Virus record (IMG/VR): IMGVR_UViG_3300037467_000854
Location: 1-37,976 of that record
Reading direction: 5' to 3' (one strand)
DNA from: a virus
Taxonomy: Duplodnaviria; Caudoviricetes
DNA length: 37,976 nt
A program made the position numbers and the translations under genes. Below, piece by piece: positions 17,639 through 25,166 of this stretch (position 1 is the stretch's first letter; the number at the start of each line of letters is the position of its first letter). The notes below the pieces were generated by a model. That model was not told the DNA's origin. It did no database searches and was given only the letters and a program-made list of their open reading frames with translations.

Positions 17639-17838
17639 GCTGCCTCCTGTTTGCTGGGGGCGTTCTCTGCAATCGGCCAGCCGACCACGCCATCCATCAC
17701 CCAGCCGCGACCCGTGCGAAGCTGGTCTACGGATTTGAGCCACTGGCGGCGAGCGTGGCGTACTGCTGCATCGCTGGTGTAGGCGGTGCGGGGAAAAAGA
17801 CGCACGGCTTTCTTGAGAAGGGATATGTCGGTTCTCAC
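17635..17838 (-). CDS. Hypothetical protein (67 aa)
   Basis: GTGA overlaps at both ends; basic helical protein. Confidence 0.6.
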   Translation of the reverse strand: MRTDISLLKKAVRLFPRTAYTSDAAVRHARRQWLKSVDQLRTGRGWVMDGVVGWPIAENAPSKQEAA

Positions 17839-19031
17839 AGCGGCTCTCCGATCATTTCTTCGCCCAGGCTTACCATCCGGTCGAACAGGAAGTTCTGCAT
17901 GTCGCGGGTGCAGTCCTTGAATTCGTGGCGCAGATGCAGGAATTCTTCGATCAGGGTGCTGGCCAGATACTTGGTGCCCAAGTCCAGCGTGCGCTGGGCG
18001 ATGAAGATGGTGTTGTCCAGCGCCAGCCCCATCGTTCCAGGGCCGAGGCTTTCCACTACCTTGATCGGATAGCTGCCCGCCACCTGAAAGCCGATCTTGC
18101 CGGCGAAAGCAACAGCCCTGTCCATCATGGTTTGCTGCACGCGAGTCAAAGCCACTTCGCGCGGCGTGAACGCCTTTTGCGTTGCTTCCTGCCATGCCTT
18201 GAATGCAGAATGGTTGACCTTGGTGAGCTTGTCCGCTGCCAGTTCTCCCACCACGGCCAGGAAGGTTTCGCTCGGCTTGGTGCTCCATCCATGGAAGTCC
18301 AGCTCGCATTCCATGAAGTCCGATGAGGCAGTCAGCACGGTGCGCAGCATCGGTGCATCGGTGCAGCGCAGAAACGCTTGAGCGATATTGGCGCGCGGAT
18401 ACCACTGATCTTTGACGGTGCGATCTTCCGTCAGGTCCAGGCTGTCGATCTGGTTGTAGGTGAACAGGCCGGGCTTGCCGAAGCTATGCACCCGCACGCC
18501 ACGGTAGAAGAAGGTGCGGCCGGGGCGACGGTGAATCTGCATCGTGCCAAGCGTCAGATCGGCCGGCGTCTCCAGCAGGAACTCGTCGCGGCGGTTGTGA
18601 ATCTGCTTGAATTCCTCACCCTTGACGATGATCTTTGTCACGCCTGGGCGTGGCTCGTCCGGGATGTCGGTAACGCTCACGCTGCCGCCCTCGTCCTTGC
18701 AGTTGCAGGCAATCTCGCGGTAGGCCATCCACATTTCCCAATGCTTGCCGAGTTGGGTCGTGAAGCCGATGTCGAATGGCGTTTGCTCGTCCACTGACAT
18801 GGTGACGAACTCGAAGTCTTGCCCGCGCACCTGGCGATTGCTGATGGCGAAGTCCAGACGGGTCAGGCCGGAATGGATGCGAATGGTGTGCGCGTTGCGC
18901 AGCAGGACGGCGATGGCATACTTCAGGCCGGTGCCGAAAAAGCCAATCGGGTTTTCCCCATCCTTGACGCTCACGCCGAAGGTGGTGATGGCGCTGATGT
19001 CGATTTCCCCGTCATTTTCAAAGACGATCAT
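17835..19031 (-). CDS. GHKL (Hsp90/MORC-like) ATPase with C-terminal zincin-like domain
   Basis: IGFFGTGLKYA G2 box, REIACNCKD N box and C-terminal STLIEEFLH helix. Confidence 0.8.
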   Translation of the reverse strand: MIVFENDGEIDISAITTFGVSVKDGENPIGFFGTGLKYAIAVLLRNAHTIRIHSGLTRLDFAISNRQVRGQDFEFVTMSVDEQTPFDIGFTTQLGKHWEMWMAYREIACNCKDEGGSVSVTDIPDEPRPGVTKIIVKGEEFKQIHNRRDEFLLETPADLTLGTMQIHRRPGRTFFYRGVRVHSFGKPGLFTYNQIDSLDLTEDRTVKDQWYPRANIAQAFLRCTDAPMLRTVLTASSDFMECELDFHGWSTKPSETFLAVVGELAADKLTKVNHSAFKAWQEATQKAFTPREVALTRVQQTMMDRAVAFAGKIGFQVAGSYPIKVVESLGPGTMGLALDNTIFIAQRTLDLGTKYLASTLIEEFLHLRHEFKDCTRDMQNFLFDRMVSLGEEMIGEPL

Positions 19032-19345
19032 TTCCCGGTCTCCCTCTGTTTGAGTTGGTCTTGCAGGCGGTCCCGCTCTGCCGCCAAGCTGCGGACCATG
19101 GCGTTGCGGTTTTCAAGCTGGATGCGCGCCAGATGCAGCGCGGCTTTGGTTTCGGTGATGGTCTTGTTCAGGCCGTCGATGTGGTCGGCTAATTCGCGTT
19201 TGCCGAGGTGTTCAACGGCATGGGCGCCGGAATCTTCGTCGGCGTCTTCGGGCTCGAAGTAAGCCGGGTCTTCCCGCAGCGATACCGGGCGCAGCTCGTT
19301 GGCATCGCCCATCTGGCGAAGAGTGGAGGGGGAGAGGACGTTCAT
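19028..19345 (-). CDS. Hypothetical coiled-coil protein (105 aa)
   Basis: ATGA-coupled to both neighbours; heptad-rich C-terminal half. Confidence 0.65.
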   Translation of the reverse strand: MNVLSPSTLRQMGDANELRPVSLREDPAYFEPEDADEDSGAHAVEHLGKRELADHIDGLNKTITETKAALHLARIQLENRNAMVRSLAAERDRLQDQLKQRETGK

Positions 19346-19668
19346 GCTTGGCCCAGTGCTTTGGCCAGACTGGCGAACCAGTTGCGGTCAAAGTCAGCCA
19401 TGGCTTCAGCCGGACTATCGCCACAGCCAGCCACACCTTCCTGCAAGTTGTCGCCATACAGGGCAATCCATGCGTTGCCGTCTGGGGCCAGCTTGGGGCG
19501 ATAGATGACGCTGGGGCGCGTGTGTTCTTCGCTGATAGTGTTTGCGGCTTGTTGAAAGTGATAGCCGATGCTTTCGGTGCGCAGCGCGTTTTCCACGGCT
19601 GAACCGATGTCGCCGTTAGAGATTCGGCTGCGTACTGCGTCGTAGGTTGCTTGATAGCTGTCGCTCAT
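19342..19668 (-). CDS. First PL gene; hypothetical protein with HicB-like C-terminal fold (108 aa)
   Basis: Strong RBS; DGNAWIALY...GVAGCGDSPAEAMADF pattern. Confidence 0.7.
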   Translation of the reverse strand: MSDSYQATYDAVRSRISNGDIGSAVENALRTESIGYHFQQAANTISEEHTRPSVIYRPKLAPDGNAWIALYGDNLQEGVAGCGDSPAEAMADFDRNWFASLAKALGQA

Positions 19669-19717
19669 CCTCTCTCTCCCTTATCAGTCCCGCCGCGAAA
19701 GCAGCGGGTATGGAGAG

Positions 19718-19758
19718 AGAATAGTGCCACTACTATTAAACGTCAATAGTGCCACGCT
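19718..19758 (-). promoter_or_regulatory. PL promoter with operators OL1 (19721-19733) and OL2 (19746-19758)
   Basis: Minus-strand TTGACG-N17-TATTCT; operators ATAGTGCCACTAC and ATAGTGCCACGCT match the OR dyads. Confidence 0.88.
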
Positions 19759-19810
19759 TATTTTGCGGGAATAATTTGTAACAGGCGTTCTGGAGGTATA
19801 CGAATCGCAC

Positions 19811-19839
19811 AAAAAAAGCCCGCGATTAGGCGGGCTTTT
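19811..19839. terminator. Rho-independent terminator (ends the cI/lipoprotein transcript; possibly bidirectional)
   Basis: AAAAAAAGCCCGC-GATTAG-GCGGGCTTTT stem-loop flanked by A and T tracts. Confidence 0.88.
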
Positions 19840-19857
19840 AGGCGGGGGTGCTACTCG

Positions 19858-20211
19858 TTATATGCGGCGGCAGGAGAAGGTTCCAAGCATGTTCACATAG
19901 CCAAAATCGTCAACATCATCGCGCAGGCTCACATCGCTCACCCGTCCACCTTGGGCCGAGCAGTAGCGATCCATGACCTGGTATGCAGCTTTGGATAAAT
20001 ACGACACTCGCGTAGTTCGTTCGGCAAAAAGGGCTGAGCCTTGGTACACCACCACCTGGTGCCGGCCTGCCGCCAGCGGCTCAACCTTGTACTTGGGAGA
20101 GGTCGGTATCGCCTGGCTGAACTGGCTATTGAAGTCGGCAAGCCCGCTCTGGCCAGCTGTGGCGCAGCCGGCTAAGACAATCACCAACAACGCAAAGTTT
20201 CTTTTTAGCAT
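19858..20211 (-). CDS. Lipoprotein in immunity region (117 aa); candidate superinfection exclusion/lysogenic conversion
   Basis: MLKRNFALLVIVLAGC signal peptide II with LAGC lipobox, AAGGA RBS; downstream of cI on the same strand. Confidence 0.8.
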   Translation of the reverse strand: MLKRNFALLVIVLAGCATAGQSGLADFNSQFSQAIPTSPKYKVEPLAAGRHQVVVYQGSALFAERTTRVSYLSKAAYQVMDRYCSAQGGRVSDVSLRDDVDDFGYVNMLGTFSCRRI

Positions 20212-20237
20212 GTGTATCCTTTGAGTTTTTGCCATGC

Positions 20238-20280
20238 TTGCGTCTGATCTTCGACCGGAATAAACTGTGTTTGCATACAG
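20238..20280 (+). promoter_or_regulatory. LexA-repressed sigma70 promoter with SOS box at 20265-20280
   Basis: TTGCGT (20238-43)-N17-TAAACT (20261-66); CTGTGTTTGCATACAG fits CTGT-N8-ACAG and overlaps the -10 and expected start site. Confidence 0.85.
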
Positions 20281-20404
20281 TGTTTCTGTTCCCCGCTGGG
20301 CAATCTGTTGCACCGAACCACAGAAACGGTTTCAGAAGTTCACAAGTCGTAGGATGATTCTTACTAACTTGTGTTAGGGTGAATTGACACCCCAAGGTGC
20401 AACG

Positions 20405-20611
20405 ATGCATAAAAAAACGAGAGAAGCTCTGGTCGGTTTATTCGATTTGGCAGACGAAGAGGGGAGACGCGCAATCATGGCCTTTGCAAGAGGCGAAGCG
20501 GCGCGGGCGCAGGCCCGTAAGCCCAAGCTAGTTCTTGTTACCAGTGGTCGGCCGGATGTCGGCCTGACTCAAGTCCGCGACCTGATCCCGGACAAAGTTC
20601 AACACGGTTAA
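20405..20611 (+). CDS. Putative SOS-induced antirepressor resembling the cI C-terminal domain (68 aa)
   Basis: First credible ORF downstream of the SOS promoter, AAGGTG RBS, ungapped similarity to the cI C-terminal domain; its 3' end overlaps the cI 3' end in antisense. Confidence 0.72.
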   Translation: MHKKTREALVGLFDLADEEGRRAIMAFARGEAARAQARKPKLVLVTSGRPDVGLTQVRDLIPDKVQHG

Positions 20612-20971
20612 CCGGGTTTTGGCAGGCAATTTGCCATAGAGCGAAACCAGCTCTGCCACATCACGCAAGTCGGGCGCCTGGTCTTGGGGCGCCACTACAA
20701 TCGAGATTCCCTTTAGCTCGGCCCCAAGCTCGGGGCTGATTTCGGTCGGCTGCACATTCAGTGCCCTGGCAAGCCTCCCTACGGCCCGCACATTCAGCGG
20801 GATCTTCCCGTTCAGGTATTGCCCGGCCGCACCCTGCGTTTTCCATCCACATTCCGAAGCAAGCCACTCCTGGGTTCGGGAGCGGTCCTCGGCTTGCCGG
20901 CGCAAAAATATCTCCTTCAGGCGCTTGGCGTCTTCCAGGCGCGCGCGGCTTAGCGGTTGGTTATTCGGCAT
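20528..20971 (-). CDS. cI: CI-like repressor without S24 peptidase domain (147 aa)
   Basis: Lambda CI-like N-terminal domain (EDAKRLKEIF...TQEWLA...QYLNGKIPLN...EISPEL); divergent from cro; short helical C-terminal domain only. Confidence 0.9.
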   Translation of the reverse strand: MPNNQPLSRARLEDAKRLKEIFLRRQAEDRSRTQEWLASECGWKTQGAAGQYLNGKIPLNVRAVGRLARALNVQPTEISPELGAELKGISIVVAPQDQAPDLRDVAELVSLYGKLPAKTRLTVLNFVRDQVADLSQADIRPTTGNKN

Positions 20972-21007
20972 GGCCGCAACCTTATAAGGCGCACTCCTTG
21001 TTTACAA

Positions 21008-21048
21008 ACAGTGCCACTGTTGACAAGAAATAATAGTGGCACTATGCT
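21008..21048 (+). promoter_or_regulatory. PR promoter with operators at 21008-21020 and 21033-21045
   Basis: TTGACA (21020-25)-N17-TATGCT (21043-48); perfect dyads ACAGTG-C-CACTGT and ATAGTG-G-CACTAT. Confidence 0.92.
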
Positions 21049-21079
21049 GTGTGAAAGCTCATCTTTCGGACAGCAAACA

Positions 21080-21325
21080 ATGCACCTAGCCGACTTCCTC
21101 AAAGAGCGCCGTCTTTCCCAGGACGAGTTCGCCCAACGCATCGGCGTATCCCAAGGGCTGGTCAGCCAGTGGGTGCGCGGCGTGACTCGCGTCACGTTGG
21201 AACACTCGCTCCACATCAAAAAAGTCACTCGAAACAAGGTCACTCCTCAGGACTGCGCGGACATGTACGTCGGGCCGGGAGACACCAAAGATAGCCAGGC
21301 CACGCACGAAATACGGCCTCACTGA
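21080..21325 (+). CDS. cro: Cro-like repressor (81 aa)
   Basis: XRE HTH (LSQDEFAQRIGVSQGLVSQW); first gene after PR. Confidence 0.9.
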   Translation: MHLADFLKERRLSQDEFAQRIGVSQGLVSQWVRGVTRVTLEHSLHIKKVTRNKVTPQDCADMYVGPGDTKDSQATHEIRPH

Positions 21326-21334
21326 ATCACTCGG

Positions 21335-21363
21335 AAGCTCAGCTTCGGCTGGGCTTTCTTTTT
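21335..21363 (+). terminator. tR1-like intrinsic terminator after cro
   Basis: AAGCTCAGC-TTCG-GCTGGGCTT stem-loop followed by TCTTTTT. Confidence 0.8.
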
Positions 21364-21429
21364 CCGGTTTTCGAACTGGTTAGCAAAGCGGTTAGCCCAT
21401 TTAGTTTGCAAATAACAAAAGGGAAAAGC

Positions 21430-21792
21430 ATGGGACAGATCGACCTGGCGCTGATGGGCGTCATAGATGGCGCAAAAGCCGTTCCTCAAGGGGAAGTGGC
21501 GAAGGTGGCGAGTTATCGGGAAGCAGTGCGGATGGCCTGGGCGCATCGCCGTTCGCAGCGCATGACGCGCCAAACGCTGGCCGAGCTGACCGGGATGTAT
21601 CCGCAGCATGTGTCGGACTACCTGGCGGACGACGACCACGACCGCCACGGCAAGGAGCGCCGCGACATGCCGGCGCGGTTCATCAAGGAATTCGAAGCGG
21701 TGACGGGCAACACGTTTGTCAGCCAATGGCTGGCCTACAAGTCGGGCCTGACCGTGTTGCAGGGATTGATCGCGGAGCAGAAGGCGGCCTGA
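21430..21792 (+). CDS. CII-position HTH regulator (120 aa)
   Basis: HTH segment MTRQTLAELTGMYPQHVSDYL; lies between cro and the replication genes. Confidence 0.7.
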   Translation: MGQIDLALMGVIDGAKAVPQGEVAKVASYREAVRMAWAHRRSQRMTRQTLAELTGMYPQHVSDYLADDDHDRHGKERRDMPARFIKEFEAVTGNTFVSQWLAYKSGLTVLQGLIAEQKAA

Positions 21793-21895
21793 TTTTTTTG
21801 GCGCCTGGCAGGGACGCAATCCCGCCATCAACACCAGATTGAACAAGAAGCAGCAAGTGCGTTTTGAGACGCGTCAGTAGCAGGTAAGGGGAGCC

Positions 21896-22732
21896 ATGCG
21901 CGATTACGGAAAAATCAGCCCGCAGTTTTGGATCGGCAAGACCGGGAAGTCCCTACGCGGCAATCCGGAGGCGCAAATCCTGGCCATCTACCTGATGACC
22001 TCGCCGCACGCCGAAATGACGGGCGTCTTTTACTGCCCCGTGGATTACATGGCCAAGGAAACTGGGCTTGGCATGGAAGGGGCTACCAAGGGGCTTCAGA
22101 CGCTTGTAGAGGCCCATTTCTGCACCTACGACGACGATTCCGAGCTGGTTTTCGTGCATGAGATGGCCAAGTACCAAATTGCCGAGGAATTGAAGCCCTC
22201 GGACAACCGCGTGGCTGGCCTTCAAAAAACTTTCGCTTCCATGGCGGATGGCGTCATCAAAGACGCCTTCTTTGCCAAGTACAAAGACGCCTATCTCCTG
22301 GCTGGCAAAGCAAGCCCCTCCAAAGCCCCTCCCAAGCCAGAAGAAGGAACAGAAGAAGGAACAGAAGCAGAAACAGGAACAGGAGCAAAAGAGAAGAAGG
22401 TGCGCGCTACGCGCTTGCCTGCTGACTGGATCGCTCCCCCTGAGTTCATCGACTTCTGCAAGGCCGAACGGCCCGACCTAAACCCACAGGCGATGCAGGA
22501 CAAGTTCCGGGATTACTGGGTTGGCGTCCCGGGTGCGAAGGGCACAAAGCTCGATTGGCCTGCCACCTGGCGCAACTTCATCCGAAGCGAACGCGCTCCC
22601 CCAAGAGCTCACGTTCCTGCCTACCAAACCGCGAACGACAAGGCCCGCGCATGGGCCGACCGAGCAACCGGGAGAAACCGCCATGAACCTGCCGACAACA
22701 ACATCATCGACATCACCCCAGCCAATACCTGA
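21896..22732 (+). CDS. Replication initiator (lambda O-like)
   Basis: N-terminal winged-HTH-like domain, low-complexity linker carrying iterons and C-terminal KFRDYW...DWPATWRNF domain. Confidence 0.85.
   Translation: MRDYGKISPQFWIGKTGKSLRGNPEAQILAIYLMTSPHAEMTGVFYCPVDYMAKETGLGMEGATKGLQTLVEAHFCTYDDDSELVFVHEMAKYQIAEELKPSDNRVAGLQKTFASMADGVIKDAFFAKYKDAYLLAGKASPSKAPPKPEEGTEEGTEAETGTGAKEKKVRATRLPADWIAPPEFIDFCKAERPDLNPQAMQDKFRDYWVGVPGAKGTKLDWPATWRNFIRSERAPPRAHVPAYQTANDKARAWADRATGRNRHEPADNNIIDITPANT
22075..22400. repeat. Putative replication origin: iterons and purine-rich tract inside the initiator gene
   Basis: AAGGGGCT twice near 22077-22095, inverted AAGCCCCTCC twice at 22312-22332, then CAGAAGAAGGAA tandem repeats. 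Confidence 0.65.
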
Positions 22733-23387
22733 AAGCTGGGTGGAAAAGCTGCTCGACAAGATGCTGCTCGACTACGGGAAGCGCTTCACCGACATGTGGG
22801 CCAGGACCGACCCTGACAAGCTTGTTTTGCATTGGTCGCGTGAGCTGGGCGGCTACTCGGGTGCCGAACTCAAGCGCGGGCATGACGCCTTGGCTGCCCG
22901 CGATTGGCCCCCGACGCTTCCTGAGTTCAAGCGCATGTGCCGGCCTGCGGTCGATGGGTTGGTGGCGTACTACGAAGCCGTGGAAGGTGTGCGGGCCCGC
23001 GAGCGTGGCGAGATGGGAACGTGGTCGCATCCGGCCATCTTCTGGGCCTCCGTCAAGCTGGCCTTCGACCTGAAAAGCCTGTCCTACTCGTCCATCAAAG
23101 ACCGCTGGGAAGTCGCGCTTTCCACCGAGATGGACAAGGGGCAGTGGGCGGAGATTCCGCAGCCGGCCTTGGCTCTTGCGGCTCCGGGCAAGACGCACCT
23201 GTCCCGCGAGGAAGCAGTCAAGCGACTGGCTGAACTGCATGCGACCGCAGCGGTGAAAACGCCCAATACCAAGCACGACTATCGGGCATGGATCGGCAAG
23301 GTTCTCGAGCGCGCCAAGAAGAAGGATTCCACGCTTCCGCACATTTCGCTGCGCTTTGCCAAAGAGGCGCTGGAGGTGAAGGAATGA
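22683..23387 (+). CDS. Replication protein P-like (helicase loader; 234 aa)
   Basis: YGKRFTDMW, WPPTLPEFKRMC and WSHPAIFWA motifs; follows the O-like gene. Confidence 0.75.
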   Translation: MNLPTTTSSTSPQPIPESWVEKLLDKMLLDYGKRFTDMWARTDPDKLVLHWSRELGGYSGAELKRGHDALAARDWPPTLPEFKRMCRPAVDGLVAYYEAVEGVRARERGEMGTWSHPAIFWASVKLAFDLKSLSYSSIKDRWEVALSTEMDKGQWAEIPQPALALAAPGKTHLSREEAVKRLAELHATAAVKTPNTKHDYRAWIGKVLERAKKKDSTLPHISLRFAKEALEVKE

Positions 23388-23689
23388 TCCACCCCAACTC
23401 CATGGCCGCTTACATCTCCCTACGCGACAGCGGCGAACTGTCCAAGCGCGAGCTTGAAGTGCTGGAAGCGCTGCAGAAGTTCGGGCCGATGACAAGGGAC
23501 GGCATTTCTATCCGATCCGGAATGCGCCTGTCCGGCGTTTGCGGGCGCGTCAACAAGCTGGTCGAACGGAACCTGGTCGAGCCCTGCGGCACGCTCAAAA
23601 ACCCTGAAACGGGCAAGCCCAATGAAGTGGTGCGCCTGGTATTGCGGGCATCGGCACCGCAGCAAATGGAACTGGCGGGGGTGGCATGA
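23384..23689 (+). CDS. Winged-helix DNA-binding protein (101 aa)
   Basis: LSKRELEVLEAL...GPMTRDGI...VCGRVNKLVERNLV pattern. Confidence 0.75.
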   Translation: MIHPNSMAAYISLRDSGELSKRELEVLEALQKFGPMTRDGISIRSGMRLSGVCGRVNKLVERNLVEPCGTLKNPETGKPNEVVRLVLRASAPQQMELAGVA

Positions 23690-24030
23690 GCGACGAAATG
23701 TTTTGGATGCGGTTGCGCACAATGCCCGACTTGGAGGCAGAGCAGATTCTGCGCGACCGCCGCGATGAGTTGGGTCTTGAGCGCGGCTTGATCCGCACTG
23801 CTCACGCAGCGGCCGGCACGGCGAAAGAGCGGACCAGGCTGCAAGCAGCGCTTTCTGAGATGCGGGCGCTAGACCAAAAGATTGGCGATGAATTGCATTC
23901 GATCTGCAAGCGACAAGACCGGCTTGCATGGCAAAAGGCAATCCGCGAAGTGCTTGGGGAAGAGGCCTATTTGCAGGTTAGGGCCTGGGTCATCATGAAC
24001 GAAGAGCGCTTGAAGCGGGAGGCCGCATGA
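23686..24030 (+). CDS. Hypothetical protein (114 aa)
   Basis: ATGA-coupled helical ORF in the nin-like region. Confidence 0.65.
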   Translation: MSDEMFWMRLRTMPDLEAEQILRDRRDELGLERGLIRTAHAAAGTAKERTRLQAALSEMRALDQKIGDELHSICKRQDRLAWQKAIREVLGEEAYLQVRAWVIMNEERLKREAA

Positions 24031-24461
24031 CCGCCCTAGTCATCAACAGCCAGGAATCGCTGTCCCGCGCTTTGGGCGACCTTCGCACCATGTGGGACAA
24101 GCACAAGTTCCTGCGGGTGAACGTCAAGGCAGGGAAGGCCCGCAGCCTCGACCAGAACGCGCTGTCGCACTGCTGGTACGAGCAACTGGCGGCAGAGCTA
24201 CGCGAGTTTGATGCGCTGGGCTACAAGGCGTTCTGCAAGCTGCATTTTGCCGTGCCGATCCTGCGCGCTGAGGATGAGGACTTCCGTACCTTCTACAACA
24301 AGGCGATTTTGCACACGCTCTCCTACGAGCAGAAGCTGGACGCCATGAAGTTCGTGCCTGTGACCTCGTTGATGAACAAGGACCAGTTGAGCAGGTATCT
24401 GGAAGCGGTGCAGCAGCACTTTGCCAGCCAGGTGCGGCTGGAATTTCCGGAGGCCGCCTGA
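24027..24461 (+). CDS. ninB: NinB/YbcN-like recombination protein
   Basis: RSLDQNAL.H.W and TSLM.K.Q...YLE motifs. Confidence 0.72.
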   Translation: MTALVINSQESLSRALGDLRTMWDKHKFLRVNVKAGKARSLDQNALSHCWYEQLAAELREFDALGYKAFCKLHFAVPILRAEDEDFRTFYNKAILHTLSYEQKLDAMKFVPVTSLMNKDQLSRYLEAVQQHFASQVRLEFPEAA

Positions 24462-24850
24462 TGCTTCGCCAGTCCAAGCCCCTGACCCGCAAAGCGCCGC
24501 TGCGCCCGACCTTCAAGGGCAATGGGCCATGGAAGCGCATGAAGTCGCGCCGCAAGTCGGTGCCAGCGCATGAGACCGCCCATTACAAGCGCGTGGCTGC
24601 ATTGCCTTGCGCTGAGTGCGGGATTGTCGGCTATTCCCAATGCGCGCACTCCAACCGCCATCAGGACGGCAAGGGAATGGGAATCAAGGCGAACTATCTG
24701 GCCACCTTTCCGCTGTGCGCTACCCGGCCGGGAGATGTGGGCTGCCATGTACGGCACGACCAGTGCATCGGCATGACGAGGGAAGAAGCCGACGAGCGCA
24801 CCGGGCGCTACATCGCAGACACGCATCGCAAGCTGGGGATCGTCCAATGA
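24461..24850 (+). CDS. Zn-binding HNH-like nuclease (DUF968/DUF1364-like)
   Basis: LPCAECG...AH...GKGMGIK...PLC...CH..HD pattern. Confidence 0.75.
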   Translation: MLRQSKPLTRKAPLRPTFKGNGPWKRMKSRRKSVPAHETAHYKRVAALPCAECGIVGYSQCAHSNRHQDGKGMGIKANYLATFPLCATRPGDVGCHVRHDQCIGMTREEADERTGRYIADTHRKLGIVQ

Positions 24851-25143
24851 GGCACGCCAAGCGAGTGGACGGCAACCACAAGGAAATCCGCGACGGATTG
24901 CGGGCGGCAGGGTTCCCGGTGCTGGACTTGTCCGGCTGCGGTCAAGGTGTGCCGGACTTGGCGGTAAAGGTCGGGGATGGGCGCAGCGTTCTGCTGGAAG
25001 TGAAGGACGGCGCCAAGGCACCTAGTGCCCAAAAGCTGACCGATGCCGAGCGCATCTGGTTCGAGTTCAACGGGTCGATTTCGCGGGTGGTCAATTCGCT
25101 GGAATCGGCGCTGGAAGCAGTTCGAGAGTTTGTTAAACCGTAG
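24847..25143 (+). CDS. VRR-NUC/PD-(D/E)XK nuclease, putative Holliday junction resolvase (98 aa)
   Basis: GVPDL...LLEVK...KLT motif. Confidence 0.82.
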   Translation: MRHAKRVDGNHKEIRDGLRAAGFPVLDLSGCGQGVPDLAVKVGDGRSVLLEVKDGAKAPSAQKLTDAERIWFEFNGSISRVVNSLESALEAVREFVKP

Positions 25144-25166
25144 TGCCAACCAAGAAAGGAAATGCC

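Noticed and set aside
20384-20412. TTGACA at 20384 as a separate promoter
   Set aside because: There is no good -10 at 17-bp spacing and it would start inside the small ORF; the upstream LexA-boxed promoter fits better.
22337-22400. CRISPR-like or satellite repeat
   Set aside because: Short purine-rich tandem units with no spacers, inside the initiator gene; typical of a lambdoid origin region.
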